From Actinomycetota bacterium (GTDB lineage: Bacteria; Actinomycetota; Acidimicrobiia; Acidimicrobiales; SZUA-35), in the NCBI GenBank assembly GCA_039201605.1, contig JBCCRO010000005.1, positions 128,489 to 192,488 of the forward strand: a stretch of DNA of 64,000 nucleotides, read 5' to 3'. Shown piece after piece: positions 25,270 through 34,077 of this stretch. Each line of letters begins with the position of its first letter. Position 1 is the stretch's first letter. The position numbers were made by a program, and so were the translations under genes. The notes under the pieces were generated by a model. That model ran no database searches, was not told the DNA's origin, and saw nothing but the letters and a program-made list of their open reading frames with translations.

Positions 25270-26460
25270 CTAGGACGGGTTGCTGGCGGCGAATTCGGAC
25301 ACCGCAGCCACCTCTCCACCAAGCCCGGCCAACGCCTCGAGGGCATCGTCCAGGTCATCGACCGGAATTACTTCCAGGTCGTCTCCCGCGCGCTCGAATA
25401 CCCGTTCAAGTTCGGCCTCGGTGAGACCACTCGGCACCAGGAAGACGTCGGCGCCGAGGTCTCGCACCGCCGCCGTCTTCTGGGCCACACCTCCCACCGG
25501 CCCGACCCGCCCGGTCGGATCGATGGTCCCGGTCACGGCCACGGTGGCCCCGCCGGTGAGTTCTCCTTCGGTGAGCTGGTCGAGCACGGCCAGCGTGAAG
25601 GCCAGGCCGGCCGAGGGCCCGCCCACGGACCCGCTGTCGATGTCGACCAGAAAGTCGAAGTTCTCGTTGATGTTGACCCGGTCGGTGGGACCGACGCCCA
25701 GGAAGGCGGCGTCCGGGTCGTCGTCCTTGGCCCCGAGCTCGACCGACACCGGCTCGGCGTCGGGATACCGCTCGGCCACCGACGCCGACTCGTCGAAGGG
25801 CTCGTCTTCGGCGCCTGCGGCGAAGTCGGCCGGGTCGAAGCGGTCGACGAGCAGCTCGATCTCGTCGCCGGGCTCGAAGGTGCCGAGCACCTCGACCAGA
25901 TCGCCGCTGCTCATGATCTCGACGTCGTCGATGGCGACGACGGTGTCGCCCAGCTCGAGGACCTCTTCCGCTGCGGCTCCGGGCACCAGCTCGACGATGG
26001 TCACGCCGTCGGACTGGATCGCGTCGTAGCCCAGCTCTTCGAGCGCGACGGCGATGGCGACCGACTTCGAGTCGGTCATCAACTGGAGGTTGAACTCGCG
26101 GTTCTCCTCCGGGCTGCGGTCGCCGAGGATCACTTCCTCAGGCACGATTTCGGCGTCGTCGTCGGTTTGTAGCCATAGGTATTCCCACAGATTGGGCCGC
26201 TGTCGGACCCGGACTGTTGTAAGCAGGAGCTCGCCCTCGCTGGGGAAGGCGTCGATGCCCTCCACTTCCAGCAGTGGTTCGGTGTCACGGGCCGAGCCCG
26301 GTACGAGTGCCACATAGGGCACTTTGAAGAGAATGCCGCCCAGCACCGCCGAGGCCACCACGAATGCGACCATCGAGCCGACCCACTGCCACCGGTGCCG
26401 CCGAGTCGCCTCCTCGGGCGTCGGGTCGGCCTGTAGGCTGTTGGTTGGCTGTTCCATCAT
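25270..26460 (-). CDS. PDZ-domain / Lon-like (S16) protease, membrane anchored
   Basis: TM anchor (WVGSMVAFVVASAVLGGILF), PDZ segment (GDTVVAIDDVEI...GDEIELLV), Lon proteolytic motif GGPSAGLAFTLAVLDQL and GTIDPTGRVGPVGGVAQK. Start trimmed to the ATG at 26460. Confidence 0.85.
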   Translation of the reverse strand: MMEQPTNSLQADPTPEEATRRHRWQWVGSMVAFVVASAVLGGILFKVPYVALVPGSARDTEPLLEVEGIDAFPSEGELLLTTVRVRQRPNLWEYLWLQTDDDAEIVPEEVILGDRSPEENREFNLQLMTDSKSVAIAVALEELGYDAIQSDGVTIVELVPGAAAEEVLELGDTVVAIDDVEIMSSGDLVEVLGTFEPGDEIELLVDRFDPADFAAGAEDEPFDESASVAERYPDAEPVSVELGAKDDDPDAAFLGVGPTDRVNINENFDFLVDIDSGSVGGPSAGLAFTLAVLDQLTEGELTGGATVAVTGTIDPTGRVGPVGGVAQKTAAVRDLGADVFLVPSGLTEAELERVFERAGDDLEVIPVDDLDDALEALAGLGGEVAAVSEFAASNPS

Positions 26461-26534
26461 CCTCCCTATCGGATGGCCCGTCGATGGAGTACAGCCGACG
26501 CTACTGGCCAATGCCGAAAGGTCGATGAAAAACC

Positions 26535-26714
26535 ATGATGCAGCACGCCACGTGGGACGAATCGCGGGAGGCACGGATTCCCATCTGGCGGCGGGTGACG
26601 GCTCTGTTCACCCTCGGTTCGCTCGTGGTGGCGATCGGCGTCGGTATGGCGGCGACCATGGCGGCCACCGCCCTCCTCCTCCTGTTCCTCCTCGAGCGGG
26701 CCATCGCCGGCTAG
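26535..26714 (+). CDS. possible 59-aa small membrane protein (unlisted, 1 codon below track cut-off)
   Basis: MMQHATWDESREARIPIWRRVTALFTLGSLVVAIGVGMAATMAATALLLLFLLERAIAG. GC3-rich with one or two TM helices. Weak RBS. Lies between two minus-strand genes. Confidence 0.35.
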   Translation: MMQHATWDESREARIPIWRRVTALFTLGSLVVAIGVGMAATMAATALLLLFLLERAIAG

Positions 26715-26751
26715 GCCGGTTTCGATGATGGCCGTCCCGCCGGCCGGGTCG

Positions 26752-27174
26752 CTAGCGGCCGAACAGCCCCCGGCGGGCCCCGTTCCCGGCCACCGTGTCG
26801 GCGTCGGACAGGTCGTCGAGTCCGGCCGGAACCTGTTCGACGACCTCGAAGGCCTCCTCGTGGACCGCCGCCATGGCGTCATCGGTGACGTCGACGGTCA
26901 TGTCGCTCCCAAGGTCGGTTGCGACGGGAGGAACGGCGGCGACCGGGCTGGTCGGCGCACCGCTCAGCTGCGGCTCACCGCTGAGGCCACCGAGCTCGAC
27001 CCGGAAATACGGGCGATACTCGAAGACCACCTCCTCGAGGCGGAAGATACGGGCGTGCTCGACCCCGTCCTCGTTCCGCATCTGCTCCACGAATGTGACA
27101 GCATCATGAATGTCCTCGGCCTGCTGGTAGCCGGGTTTGCCGTCGGCTCCCCGAAATATGACCATGTGTGACAC
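26752..27174 (-). CDS. hypothetical protein (conserved-looking N-terminal domain, disordered C-terminus)
   Basis: 140-aa ORF with good GC3. The N-terminus MVIFRGADGKPGYQQAEDIHDAVTFVEQMRNEDGVEHARIFRLEEVVFEYRPYFRVE looks globular. AT-rich promoter region upstream. Confidence 0.6.
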   Translation of the reverse strand: MSHMVIFRGADGKPGYQQAEDIHDAVTFVEQMRNEDGVEHARIFRLEEVVFEYRPYFRVELGGLSGEPQLSGAPTSPVAAVPPVATDLGSDMTVDVTDDAMAAVHEEAFEVVEQVPAGLDDLSDADTVAGNGARRGLFGR

Positions 27175-27310
27175 AATAAAGCTCCCTGTTTTCCTGCAAA
27201 CAGCGATGAACAGCCAAGTAATGCGGCGGAACAGCTGTTGTCCAGGGTCAGCATTCCAGATTCTTGGCCCGAATCCAAAAGAAACCTAATTGAAACATTC
27301 ACCGCGAACC

Positions 27311-27919
27311 ATGGCTATGATTGGACACGGAGACGACCCCGCTCCGGCCTTGGAGGCCCTGACGGACAGCGACCCCGAGCTCCGACGGGCGGCGCTGGGG
27401 GCGGCGTGGCGACTCGGTGCCATCGACGGCCCGCAGCTGTCCGAGTTCTTCACCGATCCGGTGCCGGCGGTGGCTCGACGGGCGATCGAGCTGGCGGCCC
27501 GGGTCTCCCCGGAGGACCAGCACGTCACCGTGGTGGCCCGCCGTCTGGTGGCGGCCCTCGGCGGCGACCACGCCGAGGGGGCGGCGTTCGCCCTGGGAGA
27601 GCTGGCCGTGGCCGAGGACGGGGTCGTCGAGGCCCTGGTGGCGCAGGCCCGTGAGGCGGCGGATGCACTGGAGCGGGAGTCGGCTGTGGCTGCCCTCGGC
27701 GTGTTGGGTGAGGGTGAGGAGACGGTGCTGGCGGCGCTGTCCGACATCGCCACCGTCCGACGGCGGGCCGTGATCGCGCTGGCCAACTTCGAGGGCCCGG
27801 CCGTCGAGGCCGCCCTCACCACCGCCCTCGACGATCGGGACTGGCAGGTGCGCCAGGCGGCCGAGGACCTCCTCACCCCGCCCGATCTCGCCCGTACCGA
27901 CCCACCCGGCCCCGACTGA
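27311..27919 (+). CDS. HEAT-repeat protein
   Basis: Repeated DPxxxVRRAA-type helices (DSDPELRRAALGAAWRLG, DPVPAVARRAIELAARV, RESAVAALGVLG, VRRRAVIALANF, DRDWQVRQAAEDLL). ATG at 27311. Confidence 0.7.
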   Translation: MAMIGHGDDPAPALEALTDSDPELRRAALGAAWRLGAIDGPQLSEFFTDPVPAVARRAIELAARVSPEDQHVTVVARRLVAALGGDHAEGAAFALGELAVAEDGVVEALVAQAREAADALERESAVAALGVLGEGEETVLAALSDIATVRRRAVIALANFEGPAVEAALTTALDDRDWQVRQAAEDLLTPPDLARTDPPGPD

Positions 27920-27964
27920 CCGCGGCCGAGGACGGCGGCGGCCGCCCACCGCCGACCCCGCTCT

Positions 27965-28045
27965 GCGAACGCCCCTGCGTCGCACAGGCTCCCTTATCGC
28001 GAACGCTCCCGTGTCGGAGCGACGACGCCTCCAACATGCGAACTC
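27965..28045. repeat. three GCGAAC(G/T)C direct repeats spaced 34 and 39 nt apart
   Basis: GCGAACGC at 27965 and 27999, GCGAACTC at 28038. The first two are each followed by a short local hairpin. They lie in a ~410-bp convergent intergenic region. Confidence 0.4.
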
Positions 28046-28331
28046 ACCACCGCAGCTCGGGGCCCACCCGGACAAGGGGTCACCAGATCTCCGATGCTTC
28101 TGCATTCGAGCGATAGCCCGCCTTCTGTCGCTCGGGCGCGGGAGCACGGCGACCACCACCTCGGCTCGATGGGACGACCTGCTGCGGATTCCGGTATCGC
28201 CGGGGCACACAGGGCGGCGGCCCGGGGGCGACAAACCACCCCGTTGTCGCTCCGACGCGGGAGCTGGGCTGGCTTCGCCCCGAGCGCGGGTGAGTGGCCG
28301 TGGCGGAAGCGACCAGCGCAGGGGCGAGCGA

Positions 28332-28832
28332 TCAGGCCTGGTCGTCGACGTCGGTGATGTGCTGGGGTTCCAAGCCCCAGCTGGAGCCCTCGGCCCAGTC
28401 CTCACGCTTCCAGATGGGCACGGTCGCCTTGAGGGTGTCGATCCCGAAGCGAGCGGCCTCGAAAGCGTGGTCCCGATGGGGCGCCGCGGTCACCACCACG
28501 ACGGCGGACTCGGTGATCGGCACCTCACCGACCCGATGCAGGAGCACCATGCGGCCCAGGTCCGGCCACTTGAGCCGGGCGGCGGCCACGATCTCGTCCA
28601 GCCGGGGTATCACCTGGCTGGTGTAGGCCTCGTACTCCAGGCGCGACACCTCCTCCCGCCCGACCGAGTGGTCGCGAGCGGTCCCGGAGAAGGTAACGAC
28701 GGCGCCACAGTCGGGCCGCACAGCCCAGGCCGAAGCAGCCTCGAGCGGCAACGGCCCGTCGAAGAGACCCGTCCACTGGTCGCCCTCGGCGGGGGGTGTC
28801 GGATCGCTGTATTCGGCCTCGGGCGCGCTCAC
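28332..28832 (-). CDS. moaE: molybdopterin synthase catalytic subunit
   Basis: GAVVTFSGTARDHS...LEYEAYTSQVIPRLDEI...MVLLHRVGEVPITESAVVVVTAAPHRDHAFEAARFGIDTLKATVPIWKRE is a MoaE signature. GTG start. Confidence 0.85.
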   Translation of the reverse strand: MSAPEAEYSDPTPPAEGDQWTGLFDGPLPLEAASAWAVRPDCGAVVTFSGTARDHSVGREEVSRLEYEAYTSQVIPRLDEIVAAARLKWPDLGRMVLLHRVGEVPITESAVVVVTAAPHRDHAFEAARFGIDTLKATVPIWKREDWAEGSSWGLEPQHITDVDDQA

Positions 28833-28974
28833 GGCGCCATCGTAGTGGAGTCGACCGTGCGCCCTCGAAGGGGTCCGGACGGGATAATCCCCTCAGCACC
28901 CGATCTTGTCGATATGGCGCATCGCTTGGGGCCCGCGATAAGGCCGCAGTGGCACTCCGGTACTGTTTCGTATC

Positions 28975-30384
28975 GTGCGGTTCGACGACGACGACATCCC
29001 GGAGCCCGGGGGTGGCCCACCCCCCGACCCCTCGATGCGTCAATGGCGTCATCCCTCGGAGATCGCCGCCGCCGCATCGGCCGCCGCCCGACCCGATCCC
29101 CCCTCCGCCGCCGAACGACGACAGCGGACCGCGATCGCCACCGCCATCGCCGTCGCCGCCGTCGCCACCGTGGTCGTCGGCTTCGGCGCCGTGGTCGTGG
29201 CCGCCATCGGCTTCGCAGGCACCGACCTCGACCTCGAGAGCGCCGACGGCGACCCCTCCGACGCCGAGGCGGGCCTGACCGTCCTGTCCTCCCTCGACAC
29301 CGACGTGTTGTTGACCACGGCGCCGCCCAGCACCACCAGCACCACCGTCCTGACCACGACCACCACCACCGCCCCGACGACGACCACCACCGCGCCGGCT
29401 GAGGACGGACCCGTCACCGACGTGGTGGCCAACGGCCTCTACGTCGTCGACCAGCCCGCACCGGGGCCCGACGAGTCGCCCCAGCCAGGGGTCTCCCCGG
29501 AGTCAGCCGAATCAGCCGAGTCGGCCGAATCGGCGCAGGCGGAGCCGACCGCCGAGGCCGAGCCGCCGGAGCCGATGCCCACCGGTCGCCGACTGGGCGA
29601 CTTCGTCGTCATCGGCGATCTGATTCTGACCAGCAACTCGCTCCTCAACGGCCACGACAACCTGCACCTGGTCATCAACGGTGGCTGGATCCCGGTGTCG
29701 GTGGTCGGCAGCGACCCCGTCACCGACCTCGCCCTGCTGGAGATCATCGACGATGGCGGCCGGATCGACCTGACCGTCCTCCACCACGAGCCGGTCGTCC
29801 CCGGCGACGACATCACCGGGATGCCGGAAGTGGGCTCCGCCATCTACGTCGCCGGTACCGACGCCATCGCCGAGGGCTCGCTCGTCGGGCCGAAGGGTCG
29901 AGTGGTGACCCCCACCGGGGAGAACATCTACGGCGCCTGGTTGACCAAGGTCCAAGCCCCGACCGGCTCGATCGGCGCCGCCGCCATCAACGACCAGGGA
30001 GAGCTGGTCGGTCTGGTGGTCAACTCCCCCGACTACTTCGCCTCGGTGGTCTCGGCCCGCACCATGATCGAGGTCGGCACCGCACTCCGCGATTGGGGGG
30101 TCCCGGCACAGGAGTGGACCGGGCTCGTCACCGAGGACGCCGACCAGGGCGGCGTGCTCATCCAGTTGGTGGAGGACGGCAGTCCCAGCTCGGGGGTCGA
30201 CATCCAGCTCGGCGACCGGCTGCTCGCCCTCGACGGGCACGACGTCCACGATCCCCACCACCTCAGCTATCTGATCCGGATCGCCGGCCAGGGCCGGACG
30301 GTGTCGCTCGTGATCGAGCGCGACGGTCAGCAGCTCGGGCGCAACATCGTGATCGGCCCGGCGCCGATCACCGTTGACGGCTGA
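28975..30384 (+). CDS. membrane-anchored HtrA-like trypsin-fold + PDZ protein, catalytic residues apparently degenerate
   Basis: Cytoplasmic N-terminus, TM (IATAIAVAAVATVVVGFGAVVVAAIGF), Thr/Pro linker, trypsin-like fold (GDLILTSNSLL, TDLALLEI, GSIGAAAINDQGELVGLV), PDZ (GVLIQLVEDGSPSSGVDIQLGDRLLALDG). Confidence 0.75.
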   Translation: MRFDDDDIPEPGGGPPPDPSMRQWRHPSEIAAAASAAARPDPPSAAERRQRTAIATAIAVAAVATVVVGFGAVVVAAIGFAGTDLDLESADGDPSDAEAGLTVLSSLDTDVLLTTAPPSTTSTTVLTTTTTTAPTTTTTAPAEDGPVTDVVANGLYVVDQPAPGPDESPQPGVSPESAESAESAESAQAEPTAEAEPPEPMPTGRRLGDFVVIGDLILTSNSLLNGHDNLHLVINGGWIPVSVVGSDPVTDLALLEIIDDGGRIDLTVLHHEPVVPGDDITGMPEVGSAIYVAGTDAIAEGSLVGPKGRVVTPTGENIYGAWLTKVQAPTGSIGAAAINDQGELVGLVVNSPDYFASVVSARTMIEVGTALRDWGVPAQEWTGLVTEDADQGGVLIQLVEDGSPSSGVDIQLGDRLLALDGHDVHDPHHLSYLIRIAGQGRTVSLVIERDGQQLGRNIVIGPAPITVDG

Positions 30385-31384
30385 GCCAGCGGGCGGCCAG
30401 CCCGGCGGCGGCGACAGCGCCCGCCGCCGTCATCCCCACCGCACCGAGAGCCATCTCCTGGCGCCGCCGCTCGACGACCTGACGCCACCGAGGCGACGGG
30501 GTGCCGACGACGAACGCCTCCTCATTGGTGTAGGTCGGCTCCCACCCCAGGGCCCGGAGCCGGTCGTTGGCCACCACCCACGGATCCCGCACGTAGGGCC
30601 CGAGATCGGTGTCGGCCCGGGGGCCCGTCGTCGACGACAGCCAGTGGAGGGCGGTGTTGACCGGCGCCGGTCGAGGCAGCTCGATCTCGGCCAGCAACTG
30701 CCGGAACTCCGCCGCCTCGATCCACCGATCGGGAGCGACGTTGTAGGGCCCGCGGCCCCGGGCCCGCACCACGGTCGCCACCGCCGAGGCCAGATCGTCG
30801 TGGTGGAGGAACTGCAACGGGGCGTCGAAGGTGTCATCACGGCGGGCCAACGCCGCCCGCAGTGCGATGGCCACGTGGCTCGCCTTCCGCTCCGACAGGG
30901 TGGTGGTGGGACGGACGAGGGCGACGTCGACCCCGGCCTCGTCGGCCCAGCTCTCGGCCCGCTCCTCCACCGCCGCCTTGGCCCGGGCGTAGCCGAGGCC
31001 CGAGTTGGGTCTGCGGGCGTGATGCTCGGTGAGGGGGACCGGGTTGCCGGCCCGGGCGCCGTAGACCAGGGCGGAGGACAGGATCACGAGGTGGGCGCAC
31101 CCGGCGGCCGCCACCCGCTCCAGCACCGGCTCCAGGGTGGCGAGCGCCGCCGGCGGCTCCGCCCGACGGCCCGGGTCCTCGGCCAGGTGGACGACCACAT
31201 CGCAGCCGTCGAACAGGTCGATGTCGCCATCGGTCAGGTCGGCCAGACGGAAATCGACGCCGCCCGGAGGACGCATCACGGCCCGATCGATGGCGACGAG
31301 CTTCAGGTCGCCGTCGGCGGCCAGCAGATCGATGACGTCGCGGCCGACCGCCCCCGCCGCCCCGGTCACCGCGATCGTCGTCAT
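30368..31384 (-). CDS. NAD-dependent epimerase/dehydratase family protein with C-terminal TM tail
   Basis: MTTIAVTGAAGAVGRDV Rossmann motif, SSALVYG, YARAK (YxxxK). Start trimmed to the ATG at 31384. Confidence 0.8.
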   Translation of the reverse strand: MTTIAVTGAAGAVGRDVIDLLAADGDLKLVAIDRAVMRPPGGVDFRLADLTDGDIDLFDGCDVVVHLAEDPGRRAEPPAALATLEPVLERVAAAGCAHLVILSSALVYGARAGNPVPLTEHHARRPNSGLGYARAKAAVEERAESWADEAGVDVALVRPTTTLSERKASHVAIALRAALARRDDTFDAPLQFLHHDDLASAVATVVRARGRGPYNVAPDRWIEAAEFRQLLAEIELPRPAPVNTALHWLSSTTGPRADTDLGPYVRDPWVVANDRLRALGWEPTYTNEEAFVVGTPSPRWRQVVERRRQEMALGAVGMTAAGAVAAAGLAARWLSRQR

Positions 31385-31401
31385 CGGCGTACCATGAGGG
31401 G

Positions 31402-32619
31402 GTGAGTTCTTCGGACTTCCCCGGCGGCGATCTGCCCTTCTTCGACCTTGGCCGACTGTTCGGCGCCGGAGGGGGCGACCCCTGGGCCAACGCCGGCGAG
31501 CTGGCCGCCGCCATCGCCTCCGAGGGCGGCACCGAGCCCAACCTCGATCCACTCGTCCGCATGGCGGTGGAAGACCTGGTGCGCGTCGCCGAACTCCACA
31601 TTGGACAAGCTACGGGAATATCGCTGCCGTCGCAGACCGTCGTCACGCCGGTGACGAAAACCGACTGGACCAAGCGCAGCATCACCACTTTTCGGCCGGT
31701 CTTCGAGCGCTTCGGCGAGGCCGTCGGCACCGCCGTCAACGCCGAGGGCCCGGAGGGCGGCGACCCGATGGCGGCCATGCTCGGCCAGCTGTTCGCCTCG
31801 ATGGGCCCGATGCTGGTGTCGGTGAGCGCCGGGTCGATGATCGGCCACCTCGGGCAGAAGGCCTTGGGCCAGTACGAGTTGCCCATCCCCCGCGACAGCC
31901 ACGAGGTGCTCGTGGTGCCCACCTCGATCGACGCCGCCGCCACCGAATGGGGGGTGCCCGAGGCCGACCTGCGGCTCTGGGTCCTGCTGCACGAGCTGGC
32001 GGCCCACGCTGTGTTGTCGGTGCCCCACGTGCGCAAGCGGATGGAGAGCCTGCTCCTCGACTTCGCCTCCGCGTTCCACCCCAACCCCGACGCCATCGCC
32101 GAGCAGATGTCGGGCCTGGGCGAGCTGACCGACCTCAGCCAGCTGGCCGAGGTGAGCGAACAGCTCAACGACCCCGACCTCCTGCTCAACATGATGCGCT
32201 CCCCCGCCCACGATCTCCTCGTCCCCCAGTTCGACGCCCTGGTGGCGTCGATCCTCGGGTTCGTGGGCTACACCGTGCGGGAGACCGGGCGCCCCCTGAT
32301 CGGCACCATCGACACCATCACCGAGCAGTTCCGCCAGCGGTGGATCGACGTCACCCCGGCCGACCGGTTCATGGAGCGGCTGCTGGGCCTGGAGATCACC
32401 GAGGAGACCCTGGCCCGCGGCGACCGCTTCATCGACGGCATCGTCACCCGGGCCGGCGACGAGGGCCTGGCCCGCCTGTGGGCCGACGAGCTCGACCTGC
32501 CGACGGCGGCCGAGGTGGACGCCCCCGGCCTGTGGCTGGCCCGGATCGGCCTCGACGGCGATGTCGATCAGGTCTCGGCCGAGGTCCCCGACGACCTGTC
32601 GGGCCTCGACGATCTCTGA
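31402..32619 (+). CDS. zinc-dependent metalloprotease (DUF2342/zincin-like family)
   Basis: 405 aa with LWVLLHELAAHAV metal-binding-type motif. N-terminal FFDLGRLFG... is typical of actinobacterial DUF2342 hydrolases. GTG start. Confidence 0.75.
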   Translation: MSSSDFPGGDLPFFDLGRLFGAGGGDPWANAGELAAAIASEGGTEPNLDPLVRMAVEDLVRVAELHIGQATGISLPSQTVVTPVTKTDWTKRSITTFRPVFERFGEAVGTAVNAEGPEGGDPMAAMLGQLFASMGPMLVSVSAGSMIGHLGQKALGQYELPIPRDSHEVLVVPTSIDAAATEWGVPEADLRLWVLLHELAAHAVLSVPHVRKRMESLLLDFASAFHPNPDAIAEQMSGLGELTDLSQLAEVSEQLNDPDLLLNMMRSPAHDLLVPQFDALVASILGFVGYTVRETGRPLIGTIDTITEQFRQRWIDVTPADRFMERLLGLEITEETLARGDRFIDGIVTRAGDEGLARLWADELDLPTAAEVDAPGLWLARIGLDGDVDQVSAEVPDDLSGLDDL

Positions 32620-34028
32620 GCCGGCTCCCGCCGACCCCGGCCCATCGCCTCCCGCACCCGGCCGACCGGTGAGCCGCCGCCCACCCCTTCGCGCACCCGC
32701 TCCCGCACTCCGGCGGTGAGCTGGTCGTCGTTGAGCAGGGCCCGAGGGTCGGGGTGGCGACCGAACCAGTAGGAGAGGCCGACGAACAGGGCGCTGGTGG
32801 CGATCATGACATAGCCGAGGCGGGCCGGTAGGCGCAGCACCACGGGGAGCAGGGCCCCGACCACCCAGAACAGTTGGAAGCGGCTCTCGAACCGGCTGAA
32901 GGTACGACCCAGGTTGGCCTTGGGGGCGTCGCGCTGGACGATGGCGTCGAAGGACTGCTTGCCCCCGGTGCCGGCCGCCCCCAGCGCCAGACCGACCATG
33001 AAGGCGCCGCCGACGCCGGTGGAGAGCGAGGCCAGAGAGGCGAAGGCGGCCAGGGCGAAGAGGGCGAAAGCGAGGATGCGCTCCTCGGGGAAGCGAGAGC
33101 GCAGCCGGGGCACGCCGAGGGCCCCGAGCAGCCCGCCGAGGCCCACACCGGTGATCGCCACCCCGAAGTGCCAGGGCGGTGCGCCACCGGTGGCGAGCTC
33201 CAGGCGCTCCAGGCCCATCGCCTCCCGCACCCGGTGACCGATCTCCACGCCGGCGGCCGACGGGCCGGGGTCGATCCCGCCCCGAAGCTCGAACGCCAGC
33301 AGGAGCGTGATGAAGCCGGCCACCCCCCGCAAGTAACCCATGGCGCTGGCGGCCAGGATCACGCCGGCGCTTCGGAGCTCGGCCTTCTCGGTCTGCTCCG
33401 GCGGTCGGGGCGCCACCTTCACCGCCGGGATGCGGGTGGCGGCCACCGTGGCGGCCAGGAACACCGCACAGCCGACCGACAACACCCAGGGTGACCCGCC
33501 GAAACGCAGGAGGATGACGCCGGGGATGCCGGCGGCCGCCGTTGCCGCACCGGCCAGCACCGAGAGGCGGGCGTTGGCCTTCACCAGGGCCTCGTTGTCG
33601 GGGACCATGGTGGGGACGAGCGCGCTCTTGGCGATGGCATGGGTCTTGCCCATCACCAGCATGGAGAAGGCGAGGGGGAACAGCAGCGGCCCCTGCACGT
33701 AGCGCACCAGGGCGAGCATCAGCACCGCCCGCACCAGCGCCGCCCCCATCATCATGTAGCGGTGACCGCCCCGGATCCGGTCCATCAGCGGGCCGAGGAA
33801 GGGGGCGACGACGGCGAAGGGGGCGATCGTCAGCAGCAGGTAGGCCGCCACCTTCCACCGAGCGTCGTTGGGGTCGACGTTGAAGAAGAGCGAGTCGGCC
33901 AGGGCGATGGCCAGCAGGGCGTCGCCCGCCACCGACAGTCCGTGGGTGCGAGCCAGGCGGGTGAACCCCGAGATGGTGAAGGCCTCGGCACCACGGGTGT
34001 CCGGGGTGGTGGTGGGGCCTGCCATCAA
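32568..34028 (-). CDS. MFS transporter
   Basis: About 12 TM segments, with LGPLMDRIRGGHRY in the loop 2-3 motif position. The 3' end overlaps the convergent metalloprotease gene by 52 nt. Confidence 0.8.
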   Translation of the reverse strand: MMAGPTTTPDTRGAEAFTISGFTRLARTHGLSVAGDALLAIALADSLFFNVDPNDARWKVAAYLLLTIAPFAVVAPFLGPLMDRIRGGHRYMMMGAALVRAVLMLALVRYVQGPLLFPLAFSMLVMGKTHAIAKSALVPTMVPDNEALVKANARLSVLAGAATAAAGIPGVILLRFGGSPWVLSVGCAVFLAATVAATRIPAVKVAPRPPEQTEKAELRSAGVILAASAMGYLRGVAGFITLLLAFELRGGIDPGPSAAGVEIGHRVREAMGLERLELATGGAPPWHFGVAITGVGLGGLLGALGVPRLRSRFPEERILAFALFALAAFASLASLSTGVGGAFMVGLALGAAGTGGKQSFDAIVQRDAPKANLGRTFSRFESRFQLFWVVGALLPVVLRLPARLGYVMIATSALFVGLSYWFGRHPDPRALLNDDQLTAGVRERVREGVGGGSPVGRVREAMGRGRREPAQRSSRPDRSSGTSAET

Positions 34029-34077
34029 CCGATCGTAGCCAGTGCCCCGACCGGGTGTTTCCTCGGCTCGGCGGCGA

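Noticed and set aside
28833-28974. Molybdenum-cofactor riboswitch upstream of moaE
   Set aside because: I could not recognise the conserved Moco-motif core by eye in the 142-nt divergent spacer. No claim is made, and an Infernal scan would settle it.
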